64,000 nucleotides of DNA from an uncultured Geobacteraceae bacterium (GCA_903845365.1 CAIMXI010000475.1:24912-88911), one strand, 5' to 3'. Counted from the first letter of the stretch, positions 1 to 9,651 are shown. Notes: generated from the sequence alone by a model not told the origin. Numbers and translations: made by a program.

Positions 1-539
1 AGAGTGTTAAATCAATCAGCACATCCACACAGCAACCAACCCTGTTCAGTTTTTCTTCATCAACATTCACAGAAGTTGTACCAGTAGAAGGCGCAAATGC
101 TGAAGAGTTGTATTTTCGCGCCAGAGAGTGGTTTTCAAGAGCATTCAAATCATCCAACAATGTTCTTCAAATGGATTCCAAAGAGAGGATGACTCTGATT
201 GGAAAGGGTACGATTGAAATCCCTCCAGGTAGTTCTTTTGGGCCTTCAAAGGACGCAGCAGGTTTTGTTCACTTTACAATAGCGATATACCTCAAAGATG
301 GTCGCTATAAATTTGAAGTTGCGGATGCTAAGCATGAAACATCATTTGCTCGTATCGTAAGTGCTGGATCCCTTTATAAATCAGAGGCTGATGGTAGCAG
401 CGTTTGGTTTGGTAAACTCTCTGGTGGTGCTTTTGAATATATTAAAACTTATTCTGCGAATAAATTAGGATTGCTGATTGATAACCTCAAGCTTGATATG
501 GTTAAGAGCGGTAGTCCAGCAAAGAAAGAAAATTGGTAA
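1..539 (+). CDS. DUF4468-like (TBP-like fold) protein, 5' end outside window
   Basis: The frame of ORF 108..539 stays open back to nt 3 (…TFTEVVPVEGANAEELYFRAREWF…), so the listed TTG at 108 is probably not the start. The motifs ELYxRAREWF and KDGRYKFEV are typical of DUF4468 as I remember it. Confidence 0.55.
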   Translation, partial: SVKSISTSTQQPTLFSFSSSTFTEVVPVEGANAEELYFRAREWFSRAFKSSNNVLQMDSKERMTLIGKGTIEIPPGSSFGPSKDAAGFVHFTIAIYLKDGRYKFEVADAKHETSFARIVSAGSLYKSEADGSSVWFGKLSGGAFEYIKTYSANKLGLLIDNLKLDMVKSGSPAKKENW

Positions 540-787
540 ACAGTAGGAGTGCAAAAGGGACTGCAAAGGGGACGTAGTTAAATTGGTTAACTTGAAAAGC
601 AACGTGTTGTCATTCTTGCTGGATTACAAGTTGCGACGTGGTTGAAATCAACACCAAAACCCGGTGGGCAATAAACCCTGCCCACCCTACCAAATCAAGT
701 AAACCAAGTGTTTATGAGTGAGCAGGTGCAGGAATCACCCCGACGATATGCGGCGTAGCGGGTTTGAGCGAGGATAAAAACCTGAGC

Positions 788-805
788 ATTCCGCACGTGC
801 GGAAT
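788..805. promoter_or_regulatory. Perfect 18-bp palindrome ATTCCGCAC/GTGCGGAAT, about 100 bp upstream of brnT; possible operator
   Basis: Read directly from the sequence. An operator role for the RHH-type antitoxin is inference only. Confidence 0.25.
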
Positions 806-908
806 TAATAGCTAACATACTAATTTTAAAGAATACAGCTTCAAAAACTGCCCAAATTTTTCAGTTAGTCAGTAGGTACAGTTGAACTGCAACTTTCCGA
901 GGCGCTCC

Positions 909-1202
909 ATGCATTACAATTTTGAATGGGATCAGCAAAAAGCAAAATCCAATCATCAAAAACATCGGGTAAGTTTTGAGCGTGCGGCGTCAATTTTTCT
1001 CGATCCAAATATGCTTGTCCAGTATGACGATGAACATAGCTCGGATGAGGAGCGTTGGGTCACAGTAGGTATTGATCACCGAGGAACTCTTTTGACAGTA
1101 TGCCATACTTTTAAGGCGGAATCTGAATTGGCAGCGATGATACGGATATTCTCGGCACGGAAAGCAACTTCAAAAGAAACCACGCAATATAAGGAGTTAT
1201 AA
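909..1202 (+). CDS. brnT: BrnT-family (DUF497) toxin
   Basis: MHYNFEWDQQKAKSNHQKHRVSFERAASIF…RIFSARKATSKE matches the DUF497/BrnT pattern (F-WD…K…N..KH.vsFeea…iSAR.A). An internal ATG at 909 is preferred over the 882 start. A 1-nt gap separates it from the downstream antitoxin ORF. Confidence 0.8.
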   Translation: MHYNFEWDQQKAKSNHQKHRVSFERAASIFLDPNMLVQYDDEHSSDEERWVTVGIDHRGTLLTVCHTFKAESELAAMIRIFSARKATSKETTQYKEL

Positions 1203-1203
1203 C

Positions 1204-1404
1204 ATGAAAGAGGAATATGATTTTTCAAAAGCTGAGCGGGGAAAATTTTATCGTCCCGATGCGACGTTGAATATTCCAATATATCTTGAACCTGAAAATT
1301 TTGTGTTTGTGGAAAAACTTGCAAAAAAAAAGCGGGCAGATATGTCCAAGATTGTAAATGATCTTATCCGTAGCGACATACAGATGGCCAGATTGCTGGC
1401 GTGA
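1204..1404 (+). CDS. brnA: BrnA-like antitoxin
   Basis: 66 aa, MKEEYDFSKAERGKFYRP…, which is a typical BrnA N-terminus. It lies immediately downstream of brnT. Confidence 0.7.
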   Translation: MKEEYDFSKAERGKFYRPDATLNIPIYLEPENFVFVEKLAKKKRADMSKIVNDLIRSDIQMARLLA

Positions 1405-1535
1405 AAAACAGTATGAGAGGCGAAGGGGACGTTGTTGATTAGTTGCCTAGCTCCGCACTCAAACTATAAAGCAATAACGAAGGACGACTTTTTCTGGTGT
1501 GTTGGGCAACCTGGGTTATGTGCTAAGGAACTGAA

Positions 1536-2060
1536 ATGGATGAGTTGTCAAAAATAGTCATAATCGCTGGTCCCAACGGTGCTGGGAAGACAACTTTTGC
1601 CCGTGAATTCCTTCCCAACGAGGCCAATTGTCCGATATTTATCAATGCTGACCTTATTGCGGCGGGGCTTTCACCATTTAACCCTGAAGCTGCTTCAGCT
1701 AGAGCGGGACGATTGTTGTTGGGAGAAATAGATGAAATGGTACGCTGTCGAAAGAACTTCTCATTTGAAACGACCTTGAGCGGGCGCGTCTATCTCCTCA
1801 AAATTCAGAAATGGCAAGCCTGTGGGTATCATGTCAAGCTTCTGTTCCTGAGCCTGCCCTCTGTTGAAGTGGCAGTTGCCAGGGTTGCCGCCCGGGTTGC
1901 GCAGGGTGGGCACAATATTCCAGAAAATATTATTCGGCGCAGATTTGATGCCGGTCTGCATAATTTTAGTGTACTCTATAAACCGCTTGTAAACGCGTGG
2001 ATGCACTACGATAATTCGGGAAGCAAACCAGGAATAATTGGATGGGGTGAACGATCATGA
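1536..2060 (+). CDS. Zeta-toxin-like / AAA-family P-loop kinase
   Basis: Walker A motif IIAGPNGAGKTTFAREF near the N-terminus. The ~170 aa size is typical of small zeta-toxin-domain proteins. Confidence 0.7.
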   Translation: MDELSKIVIIAGPNGAGKTTFAREFLPNEANCPIFINADLIAAGLSPFNPEAASARAGRLLLGEIDEMVRCRKNFSFETTLSGRVYLLKIQKWQACGYHVKLLFLSLPSVEVAVARVAARVAQGGHNIPENIIRRRFDAGLHNFSVLYKPLVNAWMHYDNSGSKPGIIGWGERS

Positions 2061-2233
2061 AAAGAGCCTTGCCACAAGATACGGATTTGTTAGGTTCAAT
2101 CAGCGCAATTAAAAGGGCTGCCAAAACTGCTTTAAAGCTGGCTCGCAAGACCCATACACCCTGCTATGTTGTCAAGGATGGCACTATAATCAACACTGCC
2201 GAGCGTCTAAAAAAGGTTGCTGAGAGTGACTGA
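2057..2233 (+). CDS. 58-aa ORF translationally coupled (ATGA overlap) to the zeta-like gene; candidate partner/antitoxin
   Basis: Hand translation gives MKRALPQDTDLLGSISAIKRAAKTALKLARKTHTPCYVVKDGTIINTAERLKKVAESD*. It is below the 60-aa cutoff of the ORF track. The 4-nt start/stop overlap suggests co-translation. Confidence 0.4.
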   Translation: MKRALPQDTDLLGSISAIKRAAKTALKLARKTHTPCYVVKDGTIINTAERLKKVAESD

Positions 2234-2296
2234 GAAAACCGGAATATCCTGTAAGCCAGAGGAAAATCGTGTAGTAGGGAGTCTTAAGGAGCAGAG

Positions 2297-2794
2297 ATGA
2301 GAGCGGCTATTCTTACGTTGAGCGACAAAGGGTCACGGGGCGAACGGGTTGATGAAAGTGGCCCGGCACTGACCGCCTGGCTGGAAGAACGAGGGGTAAC
2401 TACCGTTCAGACACGTATCATAGCCGATGAGTTCACCGAAATTGTCGAGGTGCTGACGGAGTGGGCTGATGCCGATGTGGCCGATCTGATCCTGACAACC
2501 GGCGGCACCGGCGTTTCTCCGCGTGACATAACGCCTGAAGCAACCCTGCAGGTTGTGGAGCGGCTGATCCCCGGCCTTGGAGAGCTGATGCGCATCCGGA
2601 GCCTGGAGAAAACCATTATGGCTCCACTCTCCCGCGCCGTTGCCGGGATTCGCAAGCGATCGCTCATTATAAATCTCCCCGGCAGCCCGAAAGGTGCGCT
2701 TGAAAACCTTGAAGCTGTCTGGGCGACGATCGGCCATGCTGTTGAGAAGATCCGGGGCGGGCAGGAAGACTGCGGCGGTAGATTTGCAAAATAG
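2297..2794 (+). CDS. mog: Molybdenum cofactor biosynthesis protein MogA/MoaB family
   Basis: AILTLSDKGSRGER…LILTTGGTGVSPRD…INLPGSPKG are classic MoaB/Mog motifs. Confidence 0.85.
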   Translation: MRAAILTLSDKGSRGERVDESGPALTAWLEERGVTTVQTRIIADEFTEIVEVLTEWADADVADLILTTGGTGVSPRDITPEATLQVVERLIPGLGELMRIRSLEKTIMAPLSRAVAGIRKRSLIINLPGSPKGALENLEAVWATIGHAVEKIRGGQEDCGGRFAK

Positions 2795-2809
2795 AGTGAT
2801 GGCGAATAT

Positions 2810-4060
2810 ATGAAGACGCCAAACGCGGCACGCATCGTAGGACCGGAAACGGTCCGGATGCTGGAGTTGGGTCACCCCTGGGTTATTGCCGATTCCTATA
2901 CGCGAAAATGGCCGACCGGCATTTCCGGTCAGACGGTGGAACTATACGACAACAAAGGGCGTTTTCTGGCAACTGCCCTGCTTGATCCTCAAGACCGGAT
3001 CATCGCGCGGGTACTGGATCGTAGGCGGATTCAGCTTGATCGTGCATGGCTGACCGGGAAACTACGGAGCGCCATCGAACTGCGCAGCAGCCATGCCACC
3101 TTGTGCGAGACCACCGCCTACCGTCTGGTCAATGCCGAGGGAGATGGTCTCCCAGGTCTGACTGTCGACCGTTATGGCGATTATCTGATGCTTCAGCTTT
3201 ATACTCCCGCATGGCGACCGCACCTTCAACTGTTCACCCAGGTTTTGCAGGAACTCCTCTCCCCTCGCGGTATCTACGAAAAAAGTCGCCCACAGAAAAC
3301 CCGCGAATTGGAAGCTGTCAGTGACAGTAAAAGTTACGGGCGCCTTCTGAGCGGAACCGCCGCTCCTTCACGCTTTGAAGTGCAGGAGAATGGCCTCACG
3401 TTTCTGGTGAGCCTTGAACAGGGGCTGAACACCGGGCTGTTCCTCGATCAGCGCCGCAACCGGAAAGATCTGATTGAACGGGCAAAAGGAAAGCGGCTGC
3501 TCAACCTGTTCTCCTACACCGGGGCTTTTTCAGTTGCAGCCGCAGCCGCTGGCGCTCAGCAGGTGACAAGCGTCGATGCCTCCCAAGGTTATAGTGACTG
3601 GGCTCGCGACAATTTTACTGCGAATCGCCTCAACCACAAACAGCATGAATTTATTGTCGGGGATTGTCTTGCAGTATTGGGCAAACTGGCGCAGAACGGA
3701 AAACTTTTCGATCTGATACTGATGGATCCCCCATCTTTTTCTACAACGGCCCAGAGCCGCTTTACCACTCGTGGCGGCACTTCGGATCTGCTGGCCGCTT
3801 CGCTACCGTTGCTGGCCAACAACGGACTAATGATCGCATCCTCTAACCACCAGAAAGTTGATGTTGCCGAATATCTCAAAGAGTTGCGGCGTGGAGCCAT
3901 TAGGCTCTCGTGTGACCTGCGGGTTATTGCCCTGCTTGGACAGCCGGAAGACTTCCCCTATCCTGTGACTTTCCCGGAAGGGCGCTATCTTAAATACGCC
4001 GTTTGCGTGAAGTCGGAAAATGTGGCTGGCAATAGAACAGAGAGAGAGGAGATGAAATAA
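2810..4060 (+). CDS. Class I SAM-dependent rRNA methyltransferase, RlmI-like (PUA + MTase)
   Basis: The N-terminus has [24 protein letters not shown] and ILMDPPSF are hallmarks of the RlmI/RlmK family. Confidence 0.75.
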   Translation: MKTPNAARIVGPETVRMLELGHPWVIADSYTRKWPTGISGQTVELYDNKGRFLATALLDPQDRIIARVLDRRRIQLDRAWLTGKLRSAIELRSSHATLCETTAYRLVNAEGDGLPGLTVDRYGDYLMLQLYTPAWRPHLQLFTQVLQELLSPRGIYEKSRPQKTRELEAVSDSKSYGRLLSGTAAPSRFEVQENGLTFLVSLEQGLNTGLFLDQRRNRKDLIERAKGKRLLNLFSYTGAFSVAAAAAGAQQVTSVDASQGYSDWARDNFTANRLNHKQHEFIVGDCLAVLGKLAQNGKLFDLILMDPPSFSTTAQSRFTTRGGTSDLLAASLPLLANNGLMIASSNHQKVDVAEYLKELRRGAIRLSCDLRVIALLGQPEDFPYPVTFPEGRYLKYAVCVKSENVAGNRTEREEMK

Positions 4061-4542
4061 TGCGCATTGGGCACGGTTACGACGTTCACCGCCTGGTTGA
4101 AGGGAGAAAACTGATTATCGGCGGGGTTGACATTCCGTGGGAAAAGGGGCTGCTCGGGCATTCAGACGCAGACGTGTTGCTCCATGCCATTGCTGACGCG
4201 ATTCTGGGGGCGATCGGTGAAGGTGATATCGGCAGGCATTTTCCCGATACCGATCCGGCATACAAAGGGGCGGACAGCCTGAAACTTTTGGCTCAAGTTA
4301 TGGAACTTGCGGCTGGAGAGGGATACCGCTTGGGCAATCTGGATGCTACCATCATCGCCCAACAGCCGAAGATGGCGCCACATATTCAGAGTATGCGGGA
4401 AAACATTGCGAAGGTGCTGCATGCTGATGTAAGCCGGGTCAATGTTAAGGCAACAACCGAGGAGGGTCTTGGTTTCAGCGGTGCCGGTGAGGGGATAGCG
4501 GCTCATGCAGTGTTGCTGATGGAAAAAATAAGCAATAGATGA
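4060..4542 (+). CDS. ispF: 2-C-methyl-D-erythritol 2,4-cyclodiphosphate synthase
   Basis: [12 protein letters not shown]…[11 protein letters not shown]…FPDTDP…. Confidence 0.95.
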   Translation: MRIGHGYDVHRLVEGRKLIIGGVDIPWEKGLLGHSDADVLLHAIADAILGAIGEGDIGRHFPDTDPAYKGADSLKLLAQVMELAAGEGYRLGNLDATIIAQQPKMAPHIQSMRENIAKVLHADVSRVNVKATTEEGLGFSGAGEGIAAHAVLLMEKISNR

Positions 4543-4561
4543 TGATTCGTAGGAGCCACGC

Positions 4562-5572
4562 ATGAAGGAAGCCATGTTTTACGAGCGGGAGGGGGAAGGC
4601 AAAGTGCGCTGCGGCCTGTGCCGTTTTTGCTGCCTGATTAGTGACGGTGCCCGAGGTATCTGTGCTGTCCGCGAGAATCGCGGGGGTAAGTTGTACAGCA
4701 TGGTCTACGGCAGTGTCTGCGCCGAAAGTGTAGATCCGATAGAGAAAAAACCGCTCTTCCACGTGATGCCTGGGAGCAGATCGTATTCAATTGCCACTAT
4801 GGGATGCAACTTTCACTGTCACCACTGTCAGAATTACAGCATCTCCCAGGTTGTGCGTGATGCACCTGTCCAGGGGAGAGATGTGAGCCCACAAGAGATC
4901 GTTCAGCGGGCTCTGGAGAACTCTTGCAGCTCCATCTCCTACACCTACACTGAACCGACTATTTTTTTCGAGTTCGCGTACGATACAGCGCATCTGGCTC
5001 GTGAAGCAGGGCTGAAAAACATCTTCGTCACCAACGGCTACATCAGCAGAGAGGCGCTGGCAACGATAGCCCCTTTTCTGGATGCCGCCAATATTGATCT
5101 GAAGGGCTTTTCCGAGGGGTTCTATCGCGATATTGTCCACGCCAGCCTCTCCGAACTGCTCGATTCAATAGTCGAGTATCGCAAACAGGGGATCTGGATC
5201 GAACTGACCACTCTGATCATTCCGGGACTGAACGATTCGGACGCCGAACTGCTTGGAATTGCAGAGTTTATCGTTACCAATCTGGGGGCTGACACCCCCT
5301 GGCACGTATCCGCCTTCCATCCGACCTACAGATTAACCGACCGCCCCGGAACTCCCGTTGAAACCCTGCGAAAGGCTCGTCAGATCGGCATTGCCGCCGG
5401 GTTACGCTATGTTTACGAAGGTAACAGGCCGGGTGAGGGGGGCGAAAACACATATTGTCCCGGCTGCTCGCTCCCGCTGATCAAGCGCTACGGTTTCAGA
5501 ATCAGCAGCAACAAAGTTCTGAACGGCTCCTGCCCGGAGTGCGGTACCGCAATAGCCGGCATCGGCTTGTAA
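4562..5572 (+). CDS. AmmeMemoRadiSam-system-type radical SAM enzyme (PFL-activase-like)
   Basis: VRCGLCRFCCLI…VDPIEKKPLFHV…GCNFHCHHCQNYSISQ (Cx3Cx2C motif) plus a C-terminal Cys pair CPGC…CPEC. Confidence 0.8.
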   Translation: MKEAMFYEREGEGKVRCGLCRFCCLISDGARGICAVRENRGGKLYSMVYGSVCAESVDPIEKKPLFHVMPGSRSYSIATMGCNFHCHHCQNYSISQVVRDAPVQGRDVSPQEIVQRALENSCSSISYTYTEPTIFFEFAYDTAHLAREAGLKNIFVTNGYISREALATIAPFLDAANIDLKGFSEGFYRDIVHASLSELLDSIVEYRKQGIWIELTTLIIPGLNDSDAELLGIAEFIVTNLGADTPWHVSAFHPTYRLTDRPGTPVETLRKARQIGIAAGLRYVYEGNRPGEGGENTYCPGCSLPLIKRYGFRISSNKVLNGSCPECGTAIAGIGL

Positions 5573-5578
5573 TTGCCG

Positions 5579-6646
5579 TTAATTGCCTTCGCTTTGCGCC
5601 TTAAGCGCTTCCATCTGATAATAGGCTCGCAACGCATCGGTGATCTCGGCAATATCGCCTGTCATTATGGAATCGAGGCGGTACAGCGTCAGGCCGATGC
5701 GATGATCGGTCATGCGCCCCTGCGGGAAGTTGTAGGTGCGGATCCGTTCGCTCCGGTCGCCTGAGCCGACCTGCTGTTTGCGATCTGCGGCCATTTTTGA
5801 ATCCTGCGCCTGCCGGATCGTGTCAAGAATGCGCGTTTTCAAAACCTTCATGGCTGTGGCGCGGTTCTTGATCTGGCTCCGCTCCTCCTGGCAGGCAACA
5901 ACGGTGCCGGTCGGCAGGTGGGTGATGCGCACCGCCGAGTCGGTTGTATTGACGTGCTGACCACCGGCACCGGAAGAGCGATAGACATCGATCTTCAGAT
6001 CATCCGGGCGGATGTCGATATCGACATCTTCAGCTTCCGCCATGATTGCCACGGTGCAGGCGCTGGTGTGGATTCGCCCCTGTGCCTCGGTTTCGGGAAC
6101 TCGTTGCACGCGATGAGTACCAGATTCGTACTTGAGTTTTGCGAACACGCCGGTTCCCTCAACGGCGGCAATGATCTCCTTGTAACCGCCCCGCTCCGAC
6201 TCCGACGCCGAGACTATCTCAACCTTCCAGCGGTTTGCGTCAGCGTAGCGCGAATACATGCGGAACAGGTCTCCGGCAAAAAGGGCTGACTCGTCTCCGC
6301 CGGTTCCGGCGCGAATCTCCAGGATGACGCTCTTGTCGTCGTTCGGATCCTTGGGGAGCAGCAACAGGCGGATATCCGCATCAAGCCGCTCTTTTTCCTC
6401 TTCCAGAGATTTCAACTCATCCTCGGCCATCTCTTTCATGTCTGGATCGGCCAGCAGTTCCCTGTTGTCGGAAATATCGACCAGCACTTTCCGGTAACGA
6501 CGGTAGGCGGCTACCAGTTCGCTCAAATCGGAATGTTCGCGGGAGAGTTTGCGGAACTCAGGCTGATTGGAAATAACCGACGGATCCGACAGCAGCGCCT
6601 CCAGTTCCTGATAGCGCCGCTCCAGTTCTTCTATCTTGTCCATCAT
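5579..6646 (-). CDS. prfA: Peptide chain release factor 1
   Basis: The GGQ motif ([24 protein letters not shown]) and the PET tripeptide (RVPETE) are present. Confidence 0.95.
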   Translation of the reverse strand: MMDKIEELERRYQELEALLSDPSVISNQPEFRKLSREHSDLSELVAAYRRYRKVLVDISDNRELLADPDMKEMAEDELKSLEEEKERLDADIRLLLLPKDPNDDKSVILEIRAGTGGDESALFAGDLFRMYSRYADANRWKVEIVSASESERGGYKEIIAAVEGTGVFAKLKYESGTHRVQRVPETEAQGRIHTSACTVAIMAEAEDVDIDIRPDDLKIDVYRSSGAGGQHVNTTDSAVRITHLPTGTVVACQEERSQIKNRATAMKVLKTRILDTIRQAQDSKMAADRKQQVGSGDRSERIRTYNFPQGRMTDHRIGLTLYRLDSIMTGDIAEITDALRAYYQMEALKAQSEGN

Positions 6647-7374
6647 AATCGTCCCTTTGTAAAATTTATCGCTTCATTTAGCTTGATCGCTCCGGTATAA
6701 ACCGCCTTGCCAGTGATAACTCCGGTTACACCGCTCGCCTCAATAGCCATAAGGTTCTCAATATCTTTAAGCGAAGAAACGCCACCAGAGGCAATAACCG
6801 GGATAGAAACGGCTTCTGCAAGTGCTTTGGTAGCTTCAAGATTCGGTCCCTGGAGCATACCATCACGGCTGATATCGGTGTAGATGATGGCAGAAACGCC
6901 AAAACCTTCAAACTTTCCTGCAAGATCTACGGCAGTAATGTCGGTCAGTTCAGCCCACCCCTGCACGGCAACCATGCCATTTTTAGCATCAATACCGACG
7001 ACGATCTGTCCAGGAAATTTTGAACAAGCCTCCCGAACAAGTTCCGGATTGCGCTGCGCTGCTGTGCCGATGATCACGCGGGAAAGCCCCAGTGACAGGT
7101 ACGCCTCGATTGTGGCAATGTCACGAATCCCCCCACCCAGTTGCGCCGGGATGGTGATAGCTTTCAGTATGGTCTCAATGGCGTCCCTGTTTTTTGGCTG
7201 GCCTGCAAAGGCGCCATCAAGATCGACAATATGCAGCAGTTCAGCGCCCTGATCCTGCCAGACACGAGCCTGGGCGGCGGGGTTGTCACTGAAGACTGTA
7301 TCTTTATCCATCAGCCCCTGTTCAAGGCGGACGCATTTTCCTTCTTTCAAATCAATGGCGGGAATAACTATCAT
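6643..7374 (-). CDS. hisA: ProFAR isomerase (histidine biosynthesis)
   Basis: [17 protein letters not shown]…VDLDGA…IASGGVSS. There is a 4-nt overlap with the prfA start. Confidence 0.9.
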   Translation of the reverse strand: MIVIPAIDLKEGKCVRLEQGLMDKDTVFSDNPAAQARVWQDQGAELLHIVDLDGAFAGQPKNRDAIETILKAITIPAQLGGGIRDIATIEAYLSLGLSRVIIGTAAQRNPELVREACSKFPGQIVVGIDAKNGMVAVQGWAELTDITAVDLAGKFEGFGVSAIIYTDISRDGMLQGPNLEATKALAEAVSIPVIASGGVSSLKDIENLMAIEASGVTGVITGKAVYTGAIKLNEAINFTKGRL

Positions 7375-7403
7375 TATGAATCCTTTCAGAATCCGTCTAT
7401 TTG

Positions 7404-8657
7404 TTAGAAACGTGGCCCCATCGGTGAAGCGCCGACTCCGCCCTTCTTCGTATCTCCTCCGACCTGCTCGATGATAACCTCATCACCCTCTTTCAGACTG
7501 CTCTCGACCAATTCGATGCTGCTGTTATTGGCTATGCCGGTTTTGACCGGTGTCGCCACCGGCTTGCCATCCGTAAGCTGATAAACCTGCTGGCTCCGCT
7601 CCTTCCCTTTGACTGAGCCCCCCTTGCCGCCTCCAGCAGATCCACCCGCCATTGGGCGCTGGCCGGCTCCACTCTGTTCGCCGTTCTTCGCTTTAGAATC
7701 ATCACCTTTTGATTTCGGCTTAAAGCGCAGAGCTGCCGGCGGCAGCTTGAGAACGGCATCCTTTTTTGCGACTTCAACAGACACATTTGCCGTCATACCA
7801 GGCTTCAGCTTCATGTCACTATTGTCAACGCTGACAACAACGACGTATGTGACCACATTCTGGGTAATGATCGGTGCATTGCGAATCTGGATGACGTTGC
7901 CACGGAAAGTCCGCTCCGGATAGGAGTCAACTGTGAAGCTGGCTTGCTGCTGAAGCCTGACACGGCTGATGTCGGCCTCATCAACACTGACCTCGATCTG
8001 CATCTTGGTCAGATCCTGCGCAATAGTGAACAGCGTTGGTGTCGAAAATGATGCGGCAACCGTCTGGCCGACATCAATAGCGCGGGAGATGACCACACCA
8101 TCCACCGGGGAGCGGATGACAGAGTAGCGCAGGTTGGTTTTGGCCTGCATCAGCGAGCCTCGGCTCTGGGCGAGACTCCCTTCGGCTGCTTTAACTGCGG
8201 CTTTTGCCGATTGGAGAGCGGTTTCGCCAGCGTCAAAATCCCCCTGGGAGATGATTCCGCTACTCAGCATCTGTTTATTACGATTGAATGTCCGCTCGGC
8301 GTCTACCACTGCAACCCTGGCTTTCTGGAGGTTCGCCTCCGCACTGAAATAATTTCCCTGCGACTGCTCCACTGCAGCGTTGAAGAGAGACGGATCGATC
8401 TCGGCGATCGGCTCCCCTTTTTTTACCCGTGAGTTGAAATCAACGTGGAGCTTCTGGATCGTTCCTGATACCTGGGTACCGACCTGAACAGTGGTAACAG
8501 CCGAAAGATTGCCGGTAGCGGCGACACTTGAGACAATCGTACCGCGCTCTATTTTTGCGGTCTTGTAGCTGATTTCAGGCGTTTGTTTATAGTAGAAATA
8601 GCCGGCAATGCTGCAAATGGTAAGGATGATGGCCAGAATAAGGAGGTATTTTTTCAT
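7404..8657 (-). CDS. Efflux transporter periplasmic adaptor subunit (HlyD/MacA family)
   Basis: The protein has a signal anchor ([19 protein letters not shown]), a lipoyl-like region (VGTQVSGTI…V…G), a coiled-coil hairpin and a beta-barrel. The internal ATG at 8657 is preferred. No pump or ABC partner is adjacent. Confidence 0.8.
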   Translation of the reverse strand: MKKYLLILAIILTICSIAGYFYYKQTPEISYKTAKIERGTIVSSVAATGNLSAVTTVQVGTQVSGTIQKLHVDFNSRVKKGEPIAEIDPSLFNAAVEQSQGNYFSAEANLQKARVAVVDAERTFNRNKQMLSSGIISQGDFDAGETALQSAKAAVKAAEGSLAQSRGSLMQAKTNLRYSVIRSPVDGVVISRAIDVGQTVAASFSTPTLFTIAQDLTKMQIEVSVDEADISRVRLQQQASFTVDSYPERTFRGNVIQIRNAPIITQNVVTYVVVVSVDNSDMKLKPGMTANVSVEVAKKDAVLKLPPAALRFKPKSKGDDSKAKNGEQSGAGQRPMAGGSAGGGKGGSVKGKERSQQVYQLTDGKPVATPVKTGIANNSSIELVESSLKEGDEVIIEQVGGDTKKGGVGASPMGPRF

Positions 8658-8730
8658 GCGGCTCTCTCTTGACGAAGTTAAAACTGGAAATTGTATGCGA
8701 CCGGCATAATAGCAGATAAACATACGGTAT

Positions 8731-8781
8731 AAATAAAAAAAGGAGTCCCGCTGCCTGACGACAGCGGGACTCCTTTTTTTT
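8731..8781 (-). terminator. Strong bidirectional intrinsic terminator or attenuator hairpin between the leader and the adaptor gene
   Basis: 12-bp perfect stem GGAGTCCCGCTG / CAGCGGGACTCC (8742-8753 and 8762-8773). It is flanked by an A-run on one side and T8 on the other, so it gives a U-tract on either strand. Confidence 0.75.
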
Positions 8782-8808
8782 GTACGCCCGCAACCTGTCG
8801 GAGGCGGG

Positions 8809-8871
8809 CTAACTAGGGCAACCCTCTTTGCAGTGAGAAACCGGGCGAATCTTAAATCTTGCAGTCCACAT
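8809..8871 (-). CDS. Candidate 20-aa leader peptide (MWTARFKIRPVSHCKEGCPS)
   Basis: AAAGGAG lies 9 nt upstream of the ATG. The stop codon abuts the 5' arm of a GCCCGC…GCGGGC hairpin that precedes the terminator. It is a very short ORF, so this call is speculative. Confidence 0.3.
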   Translation of the reverse strand: MWTARFKIRPVSHCKEGCPS

Positions 8872-8921
8872 TGGCAGGGTCTCCTTTCGACTAATATTTA
8901 ACTCCTAACAGGATGATTTTT

Positions 8922-8949
8922 ATATTAATACTATTTTAAAACTTGTCAA
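8922..8949 (-). promoter_or_regulatory. Sigma-70-like promoter on the minus strand (TTGACA-N16-TAATAT) driving the leader upstream of the adaptor gene
   Basis: Read on the reverse complement: cTTGACAagttttaaaatagtatTAATATaaaaatc. Confidence 0.4.
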
Positions 8950-8997
8950 GCAAGAAATGAAACTCTTTAGTTGAACAGAAAGGCCATGACTTGAAAT

Positions 8998-9474
8998 TTA
9001 TTTTGAGTACGTACCAGCGCCTACAAACATATCCGTCCATCCGACCCGATGGATGAAGGTGAACTTATTTGAAGGAACCTTCGAATTCGGCTTCGGCCAT
9101 TTGTAATCAACCCACCCTTCGCCGTTATTAAAGGCCACATCGACAAACTCGGAAAATATTTTCCTGGGTTTCGTTTGATTAAAATCGGTGTCATTGAGTA
9201 GAGTATCTTTTTTGAGTAACTCCGGTTTAAATGGGTGAGCCAGCATCTTGCCACTTTTGTTCATAAGAAAGATGTATGAGTCCTTCCACACAAACTTACC
9301 TTTAGGGTTGTTGATTTCCTTAATGCCAGCATCCATGTTAGCTTCAAGCATTTTTGAAGCGGCTTTGGTCATGGCTATACACTCTTCCTTAGTCGCCTTA
9401 TCTTCAGCATTTACAGCGCCTGACAATATTACCCCTGACAACAGTGTTCCCAACAAAATGGACAGTATTCGCAT
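8998..9474 (-). CDS. Secreted single Cache-like (sCache_2-type) domain protein
   Basis: A signal peptide (MRILSILLGTLLSGVILSGAVNA) is present. …YIFLMNKSGKMLAHP…GEGWVDYKWPKP…K.TFI….GW..GAG.Y is typical of Cache-type sensor domains. No output domain is attached. Confidence 0.6.
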   Translation of the reverse strand: MRILSILLGTLLSGVILSGAVNAEDKATKEECIAMTKAASKMLEANMDAGIKEINNPKGKFVWKDSYIFLMNKSGKMLAHPFKPELLKKDTLLNDTDFNQTKPRKIFSEFVDVAFNNGEGWVDYKWPKPNSKVPSNKFTFIHRVGWTDMFVGAGTYSK

Positions 9475-9651
9475 AGATTAACTCCTGTTTTTTATTGCTC
9501 TCTGTATACACACTAAACTGGTTTGTTTGCAATGAAAAATAAAACGATGTGTATGAGAGACAGATGCGCTTGCCTCGTGTCAAATCTCATAATGTTGTTT
9601 TGGTTGCTGTTTTAACCCGCTATCAATGTTGGTATAAAGTCGTTTTTTGTG

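Noticed and set aside
540-1535. Integron attC sites flanking the small cassettes.
   Set aside because: I could not find convincing RYYYAAC / GTTRRRY core pairs with the expected imperfect inverted-repeat structure. No integrase is present in the window. Only a shared 3' motif is reported.
2333-2875. Long antisense or alternative-frame ORFs overlapping well-supported genes. Examples are 2333..2875(-), 2407..2835(-), 15493..16146(-), 17878..18594(-), 19038..19505(-), 31614..32120(-), 45428..45934(-) and 45831..46319(-).
   Set aside because: Their translations are low-complexity (Arg/Ser/Pro/Gly-rich) with no recognisable motifs. They lie opposite genes with strong family signatures and are typical shadow ORFs.
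5573-5764. 63-aa plus-strand ORF following the radical SAM gene.
   Set aside because: It lies entirely antisense to the 3' end of prfA, has no RBS and no motifs.
8785-8905. Assignment of the leader to a known riboswitch class (c-di-GMP-I/GEMM, Moco, guanidine-I/ykkC, fluoride, NiCo).
   Set aside because: Fragments such as GCCCGCCUCCGA or AAAGGAG are reminiscent of Moco-type elements. I could not reproduce any full consensus from memory, and the downstream gene does not fit those regulons. It needs an Infernal search.
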